Assembly: GCA_000934665.2 (NCBI GenBank)
Contig: KZ537963.1
Location: 186,001-247,391 of the forward strand
From: Catajapyx aquilonaris
Lineage: Eukaryota
Direction of reading: 5' to 3'
DNA: 61,391 nucleotides
Shown: positions 27,301 through 40,300 of the stretch, one piece after another
Layout of the letters: the number at the start of each line of letters is the position of its first letter
Position numbering within the stretch: the first letter of the stretch is position 1
Translations under genes and position numbers: made by a program
The notes under the pieces: generated by a model
Told to the model about the DNA's origin: nothing
Seen by the model: only the letters and a program-made list of their open reading frames with translations
Database searches by the model: none

Positions 27301-30300
27301 AGACTGTCAACATTTTATGTCATTGTTGTCAAATTTGAATTTCCTTGGCAATGAGAAAAAGTCAACTGGCGTGATTTTCCAATGGTTTTTGAAAGTGTTT
27401 CCAACCCTAATGTGACCACCACTGAATTCAATGAAATGTGAAGAACTTTTTGGCACATTCTGTAGGCTATTGGAAACACTTACTTGAATTATGAGTAGGT
27501 ACTTGGCAAATCGACAAACGCACTTTCCGGGCGCAACTTTTTTCATAATAGAGTAGAGCGTGCTCAAAGCTTCTGATTGATTAACATCTACTCAGCGAGA
27601 GATTAATCGCGACTGCACTCGGCGGCCTGTCATTCGGTACCCTGCGTGATATACGCCCGGAACATAAGTTGGGAGGGGTGCGACTATTCGCCGGATTCTC
27701 GAACGCTGTCAAAAGTAATTACTCGCAATCTGTAAAGCCCGAATTGTGATGGAGGAAAAAAGAATCGAATTAATCAGGAAAACGGAGCCGGTCTTACCTT
27801 CCAATATGAGCCAACTTCAAAAGCACAGCTTTCCTAACACGAACCTTGTGCTTGACTCTGGTCACTGGCAGCATCCCTACCCTTAATTATTTCTCTCCAC
27901 TAAATTTTGTCGACCTGATTATCCCAGAAGCGTATGCCCAGACCTCGACTCTGTGAGTGACTGCGAAAAGACCAGCCTCAAGAGTTTTCTGGGGGTGTGT
28001 ATAGGGGAACATTACTGCGGATGACTAACCCTCGCTCATTTTGCCTAGCTCTTTTGATTAGGGTTCGCTTGTTGGGTCTGTGGGTGTTGGTTTCCCCCTC
28101 TATGCACCATTTCATCCCTCAAAGTCCCCACCCCTCTTCTTACATTCTGCTGCCATCCACAGGGTAAGTCAAAAATCCATGGGCAGATGGCCCCTCCAAA
28201 ACGAGTGCTAAATGTGGAGACACCAACCGCTACTGCAGTTCCTACTCACCCTGTATATACATGATGGAAACATATCCTTTCCTTTGCTTCAGAATGAGTC
28301 GTTAGTCAAGGGCTGACTCACTTGCCGAAATCGTTTGGACCCCCCCTCAACCCCCCATCATCCCTTCAAATTTCGTCACCCAAGTTATTGACTACCGGAC
28401 ACCCTCTTCTAAATTTTTTTTTCACGATGAGTATACACAATACGGCACCCTTCTGAGCAGGAAAAAGGAAGTACAGATGACAGCAATTCCGGGGGTGCGT
28501 TGGAATGCGTCAGTAGGAATGGAGTCCCATTAAAAGGATTTTTAACGCCTGCGAAAATTCGTTGCACTCCCGGAGAGTGGAATTTTTGCGTTAGGAACTT
28601 AAGATGGGTTTCATTAGTGATGGAGCCAAAATAGCGTGCCAGATGTGATGGGCTACACTAAAATGCGTGAATTTCTGGTGCTGCAAAAAAACAGCTTCAT
28701 TTACGCGGCAAAAATATGCAAATATTTCTCACAAAACGCAACTTCCTAATATGAAACGTCTGGTTGTGGTGTAAGGCCCAGTTAAACAACCTGTTATGAT
28801 GACCTCGAAAAGTATCCTGACCACCAGGCAACCACCATAACTCGACCGAATTTCAAACGAGCGCCCGCGAGTGAAAACGGGCACGTGTGAATGTTCCCTC
28901 CGAGTGTTTGAGAGTGAATTTCTGGAACACGAGAGAACCGAACACGCCCATGACTTGAGAGGACACCGAAAGGGAGGATCTGGGATCCCCAGCATCCGAT
29001 TTCAATTCCTAGGAAAACCCCAGCAGCATCTCATCACGTCTCCCTCTTCATTCATTACAGGCTTTACTGCCAAACCGCCTTTCCCCCCCCCCCTCTCTCA
29101 AGCTTCTTCTTCTAATTGCAAGCAATAAAAATATTGTCTCCTCCGCAGACTTTTCCCTGGGAATTTGGCTGCTGCGTTCGTACCAATTACGACGGTCATC
29201 TGGAAGATTAGAGTGTGTCACCTCAGGACAGATGGCGGAAGAGCAAATGGCAACGACGGTTAACGCCACTTGGCCAATGACAGTAACAAATACAAGTGGT
29301 GACGGGCTCGGAAATGGTCTTTTTGCAGATTTACGGACCACTCTTGCAGAAAGTCGAGGGAAGAGAGAATTTTGGGGAGGCTTATACTGTATATACAGAG
29401 AGAAAGCTGGTAGTGCCGGGAAGCAAAAGGTCTATAATTTGCGGATGAACGCTCTCACGCACTAAAATTTCATATACGGTGGTTATTAGATGAACTGGTT
29501 TCGCTGGTTGGGCCATAAATCGGGTTTATTTGGGACAATGGCTATCATCCGTCATTTTCTATAATATTGTTTTATTGCGCTTTACCAGCTTAGTGTTGGG
29601 GCGAGCTCGGAATTTTTCTACCACATCAGCAAAGCATTGGTGGTGCTGTTCGCAATATTTTCTCATGAACATTGCCTTTTTCTCTAGTTTTAATTTTCGT
29701 AAACTATTGGTCGTATTTTCAACATTTGGCATGAAATCCATCCAATTTCCCGAAATCGTTTCCTGAGCACTTAAAACGTGAAATAAAACGCAAAATCTAT
29801 CGTCGTGATCTGACCTGTCGCGTCGAAGCAAACATACGATTCGCTAACAGAGGGCTGATCTGCTAGCGTCGACAACTTTGTGAAACATTGCTGCACTTGA
29901 GATCGAAAGGCATAAAAAGTCCCCCCCTCAATTCCTTCAAGGAGGATTTATATCGCCTTCGCAGATTCTCCCGCCTCCATTCATTTTGCCAGATTTTCCT
30001 TGGGTCCTTTTCCCCTCACTGGAATTGGGGAGCAGCAGGTGGATAAGTCAACATTCATGTCCTAAGAAGAAGAAAAAAAAGACACCTCGGACCCCCTCCG
30101 TACCGAAATGCAGGAGGTTTAATCCTCGAGCAAACACGCGATCCAATTTGCAAACTACCTCTGCCGAAAGGAAGGGAGGCTCCAATTTGATTCTATCAGA
30201 AGGAGTAAAACAGCTGGGACCTTCCTCGGTGGGCGATCTGGCACAATCGGACTAATTTCCTTTGCGGGGGCGAAACCTAACTTCGAAACCTCTCCTGCTG

Positions 30301-31234
30301 GGTATGGGGGGGAAGAGAAAACGATAATGATTCCCCCCCACCCCCCCACCACTCCNAAATCCTATCGGCAACCAGGGTCACGTCTGGTGGCCTGCTCTGG
30401 GATTCCCCAATTGCACCTCCTGACAACTTTACTCACTTTGGTCGCTCCCTGTACTGGCTTTAGTGTCGTGAGAAGAGCTAGTGGGTGACAGCCGACTGTT
30501 CATGAATTATACAGAATTACGGGGTAGTAAACAGAGTCAGGCAGGGGCTGGATTGGTTAGGAGTTAGAACCATAGAGACTAGCTGCTACCTGCTTTGCAC
30601 CTTACTGGTTTGTTTCTCAACATGTCTCATGTATTTTAAAGCTTATAAGCCACAAGTTCGCCACATGGATGAGATGGACAGCCGATTAACATACGAATAT
30701 TCAAACGCAGATGGACCATTCTCCATCTGCATACACTCCTGCCACCCTCAGGTCGTGTGAGAGATAGCAGTACTATCAGGTCGGCTTCTGTGTAACATAT
30801 AAGATTCTAGCAACTGGCACTTCGGACTCACCCTGTACACTAGTCCAATAAGCAATTTGTATTCAACAAGTGCTGAACCGATAGAGCGATAATACAAGGC
30901 ACGCACTTATCATAATTTCATGTTACGTATCATTTGGATTTAGTCCAAGAGATGGGCAGTGGGCAGCACGTCCGGTGCATGTAATTAACAGCTGCATAAC
31001 TATATACGGGGTCCGGAATGGTAACAGTAGCGTATAAATCACCAAAGCGTTTCATTTCCGGAAAAGGATGAAAGCGATGTAATTCAGGATACAGTCAACT
31101 GCAGACCTTCCCACGATGGGGCTAATAAATCGTTGGTTCAACCTCATCGAAACAACTGCGGAAGGTGCTCGTTTGTTAATCACAGACCCGGGGAATATGG
31201 CACAGCCAGAGGATATTAAAATATACAGCGTGAA

Positions 31235-31325
31235 ACTTACCGTTAGGTCCAGATGGTAACCCTTCACTGTATGAAACGAACAAATTTTCCATGCGTGTCA
31301 CTCACCTGGAAAGAGAGAAAGTAGC
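31235..31325 (-). other. Candidate recursive splice site (ratchet point) with 65-nt cryptic RS-exon
   Basis: Minus strand reads GCTACTTTCTCTCTTTCCAG|GTGAGT (junction 31306/31305), then ACG|GTAAGT at 31240-31235. Confidence 0.6.
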
Positions 31326-34300
31326 GTGCTCAAAAGTCCAGACACTCGGAATGAATTATTCTCACATTCTCCTTCGCAAGGAGTTGCGCTCATATATGGT
31401 TGCAATGCAGGAAACGAAGAATTTTCTTTGTCCGGTCTGGATGGAAAAAAAAATTGCAGTAGGGAAAGACACGGGCAGAAAAATTCACAAAAATGTTCTC
31501 AGGGTGTGTTTGCAAATGACTAATTAGAGTGTAACGCAAACACTCCCTGAGAACATAGTCATTTTTATGACTACTGTCCACAATTAATTATTGAGGGGTT
31601 TAAAATGTTATGAACAGTATGCCATAATTTGGGTGCTACAACCCGACAATCTGCACCTTTTTATGCAAATGTGACAAAATAAAATAATTCAAAGAAGGTC
31701 ACAAATTTTCAACACCGAAAGGGCCCTCCCAAAATAACGCATTCCCAACGTTCTCGCTTAAAATTCACATAAAAGGGAGAGGACGTAAAATTAAGTCATT
31801 CCTTCCGCTTCCCGAGAAAGAAAGAGAGAGGAAAAAAAAGAGGTAGACGAAGTCGCCCTATTTGCGTTCCAAAATCATCCTTTTCCCATCTCCCTTGTGC
31901 CCCCTTGAAGACGAAGAGGAAGAGGAAACTCCAACAGCTGTTGGGGGTCCTATGAATAGATCCGATAAACTAACACTGCTCCTCACGGCTCATGCAACGC
32001 CCATGTCATGTACTGCACACCATTTTCAACAGGTCCAGAAGAGAAATTGGGGTCCCTACTCTTTCCTCTCACACCCATCCATCACTTTCAGGGCTTCGTC
32101 TTTTGGGGGGATGAGACTTGGAAGATGGTGCCAACCGCCATTTTTTTCTCATTTTGCTCTCCTTCCGACGCTGACATTTTGACCTAGGCAATATCGGGAG
32201 TCGTGATTGACAACCTTTGGGGGGGTTCAAACGTTGGAAGAATGCCTGAAACGTGCATCTGGTTGCAATACTCAACTTGCAATTAGTCGGTGTTGAAAAG
32301 TTTACATTTCTAGCCTGAGAAACAACCGTTTGTATTAGACTGAAGCTTCTTGTATTCTAATGTTTTCTTCCCCCCCTCACGGTTTGAAACGAACAAGAAA
32401 TGGAAACGTCTCCTCTCCGGAAATTCAATAACAAAACTTGTGGCAGGAACGTCGTAGGCGTGATGGATTGCGCCAGTTTTTCCAGCGACCCCCTCACGTT
32501 CCTCAGACTTCATGAACCAGCTTCTGGCATTTCTTCCAGGCCCTTTCCATTAACCTAACTTTGCCTCTGGAGCCAACCTTCCAGTGGAAAAAAGTGCCAA
32601 AAAAATACATGCCCGCCTTCTCTATATACACAACAAAAGGTGAGAGGAACGTCGGAGCACTTATTTACACCGTGTCTCTTGGCGAGAATTTTGTCGCGAG
32701 ATGCTTGAACTTGGACCAGGCTTGAATTAGAACATCTTACACACCGGTTTGGTGCAATCAAAGTTTTTAAAACCCAACAACAGATGTAAAACAGTCAAAA
32801 AAATTATGTAAACTTAAAAAATTGTTGGTAGTCCTGTCTGACTGAAATAGATAGTCTAAACAAATTTTTTTCAAGGTTATGAAACCTGCATTGAGTTCAC
32901 TGCTCTGCTTAAATGGGACGCGACTATGAATAGCTTTACTACCCCTAAGGGGTTCCAGTAAATAACACAGAACATCCTGTTTCAAAATGGCAAAGTTCGA
33001 AATCCAAGCTACAAACTTTAAAAGTTGGCAACCTCAGTTTTATTTCAAACGACTATACTCGTAATGTTATCCACGCAAGTAGGCAACACCCTTTACCTTC
33101 CAAGGTCGGCAAATGCACGCACATTTTCAGTAGTGAATCACTCTCCAGTCGTAAAAATCCGCCTCTTGTTACAAGTCGTTCTTTTTTTTAACAAATAAAA
33201 AGGAAAGAACGGCGTCTTGTAAAAGCAAGCACCGAAGCTCATCGCGTGTTAATTCTAGTCATCAATTACATCGCTTTCCTTTCAAAGATCCTCCTCGCAT
33301 GTGATTATGAGCGTCCATTACAATTTATGACCGTCCGTGAACTGTTCACATTCCATTGGACATTACCACACATACAGGGCATAACAGTTTTTAAAATAAT
33401 ATATAGCATAATAATTCAAACCTGCCAAATACCTGCCATCATTTTATAGTCTATTAATTATTCGGGCTTTTGAAGCGAGTCTGTTTGCTATTATTTTGTC
33501 TTCTCTCGCAAAAACCTGGTGGCGTGTTTTTTTCCCTGGCTTCGTTAAGGCTATTATTTAATTACGGGCTTTCGACTTAATTACCGGCACGCCCCGATGC
33601 ATATATCAAGGGTGTTTTGATTACCTGTTGCAGAGCGATGTATAGCGTTGCTGTGACAAAATTCCGGGCTGCAATTCTTCGTATTAAAAAAAAGACAAAC
33701 GAGGAGGGTGTTGACTTATTAGGTTTGCAGAGTTTTATGCGACAGGCTGATTGAGTTATATTTTTTTTTGCAAAATTTTTCATTCCGTTTATGTGTGCTT
33801 CCATTGAAAGCCAGAGATGGAAAAAAATACTGTTGCAGGTTATGTGCCAGCCAAAAATTTGCATATATTCAGTTTCACATTACAACAGTTAGCATGTAGT
33901 CAATTAACTGCTGTTCGAATGTACTGTAATTCGCCTGATATCAACTTCCATTACGATATCTTCCGGAGATAAAGAATTACTTACTGCGAGAACACTTCTC
34001 ACAACACACAGTTACGCAGCATTGTGATCGAATTAGTGAGCCATAATAGACCCAACTGCTCGTAACTGTATCCTGATTATGTGAAAATTCGGATCATGAT
34101 CCCAAACAGGATCCAGTCTTGCTTACCCTCCATATTTTTTTTTTGTATAATCTTCGTGGGATACATCCCACGACGCTACAACTCCAAGAGAATTTCAAGA
34201 ATTTTCCAGACCCCTAATTTCCCCACCTCTAATCAAAAGCCCCCCCTCCTAGTCCTATCTTTATCGAAACCTCAGGCGGTGTTGCCAGCTCTCTAAATCC

Positions 34301-37300
34301 CGCCACCTGTCACGATCCCTTTTCTATTTTTAAAACTCGGGTGAAACAGTTTCATAAGCATCGACGAAACAATATCCCACGCCAAACAAAAGGAGTGAAC
34401 AATTGGCGTCATTAATTATTGGTAATAAGTCATTACACCTCATTCTTTAAGGAAATCGTATGTTCTGAGCGTAACAAAAAGATGGAGGGGGAAAAGATAA
34501 TTCCTTTTTGATCGATGACCCTCTGAGATGAGCCTTCCTTCTTTGAACTGCCTTGAGGGGATGTAATGCCTCAAACTCCTCGGACCCCTCCATTATTCAA
34601 GACCCAACTTCACATTGGAAATTACACCTTTGGTGGAGTTCGAATAAGGTTGACTTCACGATATCCCATTACGGAAGAGCCAGGTTTTAATTAAATAAAA
34701 ATTGTGCCGGTAAATTTTGCAATCGCACTGTCGCTTCTAATCTTCTGGTGTTACAAAAAGGTGGTAATGATGAATACGATCGTTCGGATGTACTTTAATG
34801 TGGCGTAATTTGTTGCCAATTAGTTATTCGATTGCTGCAACCCACAATCCATTACGTGTAAATGCATCGGTAGGGTCAATTACCACCAGTGTTTTATGCT
34901 TGTAACACACTGTGTGCGACCATGTCGCTTTATGCTCGCTCAGTATCTTGGAGCACCAATAAAATATTTCAAAAACCTTACACATTGTGTATGCATAATT
35001 CAAACCATGGCGTACCCCGCCCTGCACCAGTAAAACCTACGAAAAAAAACCGCTACACCCTGAATAAACACGCCACGCTCTTTTTCCTCCCACAACTTCC
35101 TTTAACTGTACAGACTCTTCTTACCTTATTTTATCTTTCGCAACGAAACGGAATCACCCAAAAAATCACTTCCTCTCCCCTAAAATCCACCTGTGAGTGT
35201 CACCACTTCCTCCTAGTAACTTCCTGCGAGCTTCACCATCTGCCAAACTCACACTGGGAGAGAGCACTGAGCACCACAAACCGAAACAACCCAACCGCCA
35301 CCGGGTTGCTTGACTGACTCCCTGGGCTGGCTAGGCCTCTAACTTCTAACCCAAGTGGGCAACCAAGCGAGAAGGGCAGCCCCTCTCTCATGGTTAAGAA
35401 AAAAAAAGGTAAAACGAAGAAGAGGAGGCCCACCTTTCCAAGGCGAAGAAGTCGTGACATGGCCAGCCTGCATAGGCACGCAATGGATGCTGTTCACTCT
35501 CTAGTGTAGCACCTCCCATATGAGCATATTTCTCAGGAATTTCGACCTTCATCAATTGCGGTCAAGGTATTGTTGGTGATTGACATGGCGTGGTGATCGA
35601 TAGGCAGTGTGGGGAGGGGATTTATCATTACAGGGGCGGTTATTGTGCTCGGTGCTGTAGTTTGTTTTAGGGGGTTGAGCCATGCTATTGTTGACGGCTT
35701 ATGGGCATCGACGATCGGTTACAATATTGTGACATTATTTTCTAGAGAGCGGGTGCAATGAATCACATCAAACTGCTATCGTGTTACGGCATCGGGTATT
35801 TCAAGCTCGCAGCTGTTATGAAATGCGGATATTATTATAATATTGTAAATAGCAATTTTGTGTAGTTTGAAGCGGTTCTATGAATATTACCGTCCGCTGT
35901 AATGTTTATAAAAACAACTCTAAGCAATTTATTTGCAATAAATCGACGTGAACCTCATATTACTGAATTTTTAATTCTAAAACTACTGTAATCATTTATC
36001 ATTAAACATGTACTGCTCACTAATAAGCATTAGTTGAAAATGTTGAGATTTGACACGACTATTCCTTTGATCCCCTCTAATAGGCCGCGGTTCGCGCTAA
36101 AATAGCAACTGCAACAAATGAGTTCCGGCATGAAAATGGCACATGATATTCCCTCTGTAGCTGACACCTTTTAAACTCCCAAGCTGCTGCATACCCCTTC
36201 AGGATATTCACCTCAGTACCCCTGACAATGCCTGTCAGGCGTATTTGTCAATATCGCATTTCCACCAGACAACAAACATCTGATTAATCACGAACTAACG
36301 GTGCCAGCACCTTGCGGTACACTGCACTGGCGCAAATAACCATGCAGTCATCCTAGTCAGATATAGCCATATGCTGCAGGAAAGATTTTTTTCACTGATG
36401 TGGTAAATGACTCCATTAAATTTTTTTTTGTTGCTTCGTTTTAAAGTGGTTACTGTGAACAATGGCGTCGTGCGTACGGTGGCCGAGTTGTGACACGGAC
36501 ATGCCAACATGCCCATACTGACCACGCCCTCTTTGTGTACTTCCCCCTCTCCCAGCATCAGAAAGACAAACGGTTATTACAGCAGACAGATATCACTCCG
36601 GGGGCATTTTTGTGGACGATCGAAGGAGAGGTCAGCTGGCCAAACTTTGCCTCACGGTTTATCTTCACGCTCGTTACGTCCGACAGGCGACTTTCAATAA
36701 AAAGAGGGGGGGGGGGGATTGCTGATTACCCCCGCTTTTCCTTTGTTGATGATGGAGGGAGGCTAAAATGAAGCCTCTCTCCAACATACTCCTCTTCTTT
36801 TTTCACACGTGACTATCTCCAACTTCCTCATTCCAGTCACTCCATTTGCATGGGGATTCATCTCTGGCCAGGAAACAATTGGAACCATCAAAGGGGGCTC
36901 GGTGACCACATCTCGTTAGCCCTCAGAACGGGCCGTGGAATAATGATAAAAAAAGAAGCAACCTCCAGGATGAGAGGCACAATGGCCGCATGCAGCTTCG
37001 TTAATAACTTCTCCGGCATAATTGAAGGATGTTCGCCGTGAAAAGGGCCTCTCTATAAAAGCATGTGTAATCTTTAAATGGCGCGTACGATAATGTGGGG
37101 GAACAGTCGCTGAGCATATGAAAATGTAACGCATGATATGCATAAAAAAGTGTAGGCAAATTGTGCCATGACTACCGGTATATCGCTCAAAAAGATAAGA
37201 GACGATTTTGCATCGAGACCAAATGCAAAATTGTCTCCATCATTTTCAATGCCTGATATAGTACAACAGGATGTTATACTTCACGATAAAGTGCCAATTA

Positions 37301-40300
37301 CTTCTGTAACGAGGCGTCCCGTTGCAGACCAAATGACATCCATACATCCTCGAGTGAACCGGAATACATCCCGTAGAAGTGTGTCGGTCCAGTTAAGAAA
37401 ATACCCTCAAGATACGAGTGTAATTGGTGCAATTAGCCCTTCAAAGGTTGCGAAGAGAAAGGCACGAGAGACGCCTTCCAGTAATAAAAGCTGATAAACC
37501 ACTATTTGACATAGCCTTTTTTTGTAAGCTACTTTACATGCCATGAATCAAGGTTAATTAATATTTACGCCACAGCGTAAAAAACCGCGTTGTAATCAGA
37601 CGTTTCAATACTGGTACGAGACCTATTGAGCTATAATATTTTTCGCGAATTATTGCCTTCTCCATTCCTCCTATAGAAAAAAAGCCATTTTCTTCTCCAA
37701 CCCCTGCGACCTTAATTGAATTAATCTGGAGTATGACCACAGACTCTCCTCGAAGTGTCCTCGGAGTCATCTAAACCATCGCCCTTCATCACCACCCCTC
37801 ATTCACTTGGACTTCCCGATGACATTACCCAGCATCTTCTCTTGCATCGAAATGCCTGCCAGATCCATCCCCCAGCCATTTCCATCAGTCCACGTCACTA
37901 TTCTACTAATTGGCTGAGATCCCCCACCCACCCTATATATACGTATATATTTTTTATGAGCCCGTATTTTTTCGAACAGGACATAAATCTAAATTTATGA
38001 GACCTGCCGGCAAGATGAACGATGAATTTTGCTGATCGCGACATATTTTATCAACAAAAACGATGTCAAATTTGTACAGAAGTTATACTGATGTTAGCCG
38101 GCAGTTAGCAAGCAACTGAATGGTTTCTCTACCCATTGCGCATGTGTAGAACACGGGCCAATAGGAAGCGTCGCGGTAACATGCCCACTACGATTGTAAT
38201 ATTATATAGTCTCACATGTCGCAGGCAAAGCCCTATTGTTGAAACTGAATTAGAACAAGTTGGCATGCTGGCGCCGGCGCCTGTAGAAAACACCTTTTAT
38301 TGTAAAGGCGGTACCGAGGAAGGGCTCTAAGTTCTGCACTAATTAGATCTGGTGTCGTTAATCACCAGACTCCTCTGCCAAGGAAAGTTAAGACCTTAGA
38401 TACGAATCTTCCTCTCATTGTAAGTCTCCACTCCTTCACCCGGAGAAGTCACCTGGGAGACAGGAGAGTGCCGGATTATCGGAGCAAAATGGCACTAGCA
38501 CAGTCTACTCTGCGACATTTGGCGACGGGATTGTTCTGGCAGAGTTTCCGGGCCCTTTGAAAGGGTCAGAAGGAGGACCCAACCTATATATAATTTAATG
38601 CCAACAAATGTTCCGGACAATACCAACTGGACGCAGTGCACCTTTATAAGTAATTAATATGGTATTCATTGGCCTATTTTCATTGCGCTGTAGTCAAAGC
38701 TTTGCGGGGGTCCAGATATTGGAGGCTGCAGCTACAATGAATATGGAAATTTCCCTATTATTGCATTCAAATCGGTGGAATTTACATTTCGACACTTTGC
38801 CAACCTAAAGAGTCGAGGGCCTCTCATGCAAATGAAAATCCTGATCTGTTCAAATAAGGAAACTTAAATATTATTCCAGGTCCGTTCTCCCTGCTTTATA
38901 TACCAACTTGCGTGGCAGATAAACCCGCAAATTTGTTATTCTCTTGGTGAGCAATTTCTGGCATCCACATCTCCCAAGCACAAGCTGACGTCAGACTATC
39001 TTGATTCATGTAAATGAACTCAAGCACTCAGACCATTAGAGGCGCCATCTGTATATATAGGTCTCTTCTCCCTCCCCCTTCTTTGGTGGCCAGAGGAGGG
39101 AAGGAAATTATGATCTTCTGTTGACTTAATATTGCCTCTGTCGTATCACAAGATGCATTAATCCCTTTCTCAGATGTCGTGATTAAATTGGGAGAAGTCG
39201 AGGGAAACTTTCTCGCCCCTGTTTCTATGGGAGTAAATGGTAAATGTTCTGTCGGGCCAACTGTTTATCCAAGTTTCTGGCTTTGCTGTCTTGTTGGGAA
39301 ATAGCTGGTACTTAAACTGTAGGTGTGGCAAAGGAAGGGGATGTCGAGGAATGGAATTTGCCAGTGTGACACCGCTTGTCTTTGGTCGGATCAAGTACCG
39401 CAAGAGAAGTTATGAAATATTAAATTCGACTGATAGATATGCTTAAATTTTTGCGAATTAAATGTTGATCCGTGTGTTTAACCTTCTGCGTCAGTAAACA
39501 AAAGAACCACTAAACCTTAATTTCCTCTCCATGGCCCGCCTACTTCTCATTACTGCTCCCCCCAAAAAATTAGGATCAGTATACATTCAGCACACGTATC
39601 GAACCTAACCGAATTAATCCCACCTTTTCATTCTCGGACCGTCCGAATTGCCCCCCTTTTTCCGAGCTGTTTGGGACGGATCGGTGGGTCCGTCCGAGTG
39701 AATAGAAACTGGTAAAGAGAGAGCGAAAAAAGGGGGGGACACAATAATTCTTGTGCCGGAATGCTCGTCCTAGCTGATTGCAGTAGTAAAAATGAAGTGG
39801 AACGCGAACAACTGCAACTCGGCACGCGGCTTTTAATGCCTTTTTCCCCCCTCCTTCCTCTCTGTAGGTCTGGCAGAACAAAGACTTACGGAGGAAACTA
39901 TTTCTGCCGTACTTCAGATGGCATCAGACCTGAAAATGGCGCAAGAGGGAGGGAGGAGACATCAAGCGTCAGAAAAGCTCTGTCGAAATCGGAATTTTTA
40001 TGCCTGGAAATGACGACAAAAGTATAACGGACCTGCCGGCAAACTCGTTTAATATGACGTTGACGTTATGACCCGATCAATAAAATGACACTTTTTTCAT
40101 ATTTAAAAAAATGGGGTGTGCCAGATTGCAATTATGGCCCTCCCTTCCTTTATAAAAAAGGGCATAAATAACCACCCTGTGTAACAATGTGCGAAAAAAG
40201 GTCGAGAACTATTTTGGAAATGATTGATGACGTCTTATGTAGTGATTATGTTGGTTAATACCATTTTAAAGGAAGTAAGAACGTGGCGGTATAGTCGAAG

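Noticed and set aside
38488..38548. miR-96/183/263-like sequence AATGGCACTAGCACAG
   Set aside because: The seed-like match is partial and the flanks do not give a convincing pre-miRNA hairpin pairing the 5' end.
38947..38963. 17-bp identity with 55741-55757 (GTGAGCAATTTCTGGCA)
   Set aside because: The flanks are unrelated; a single match of this length may be chance or an unresolvable repeat relic.
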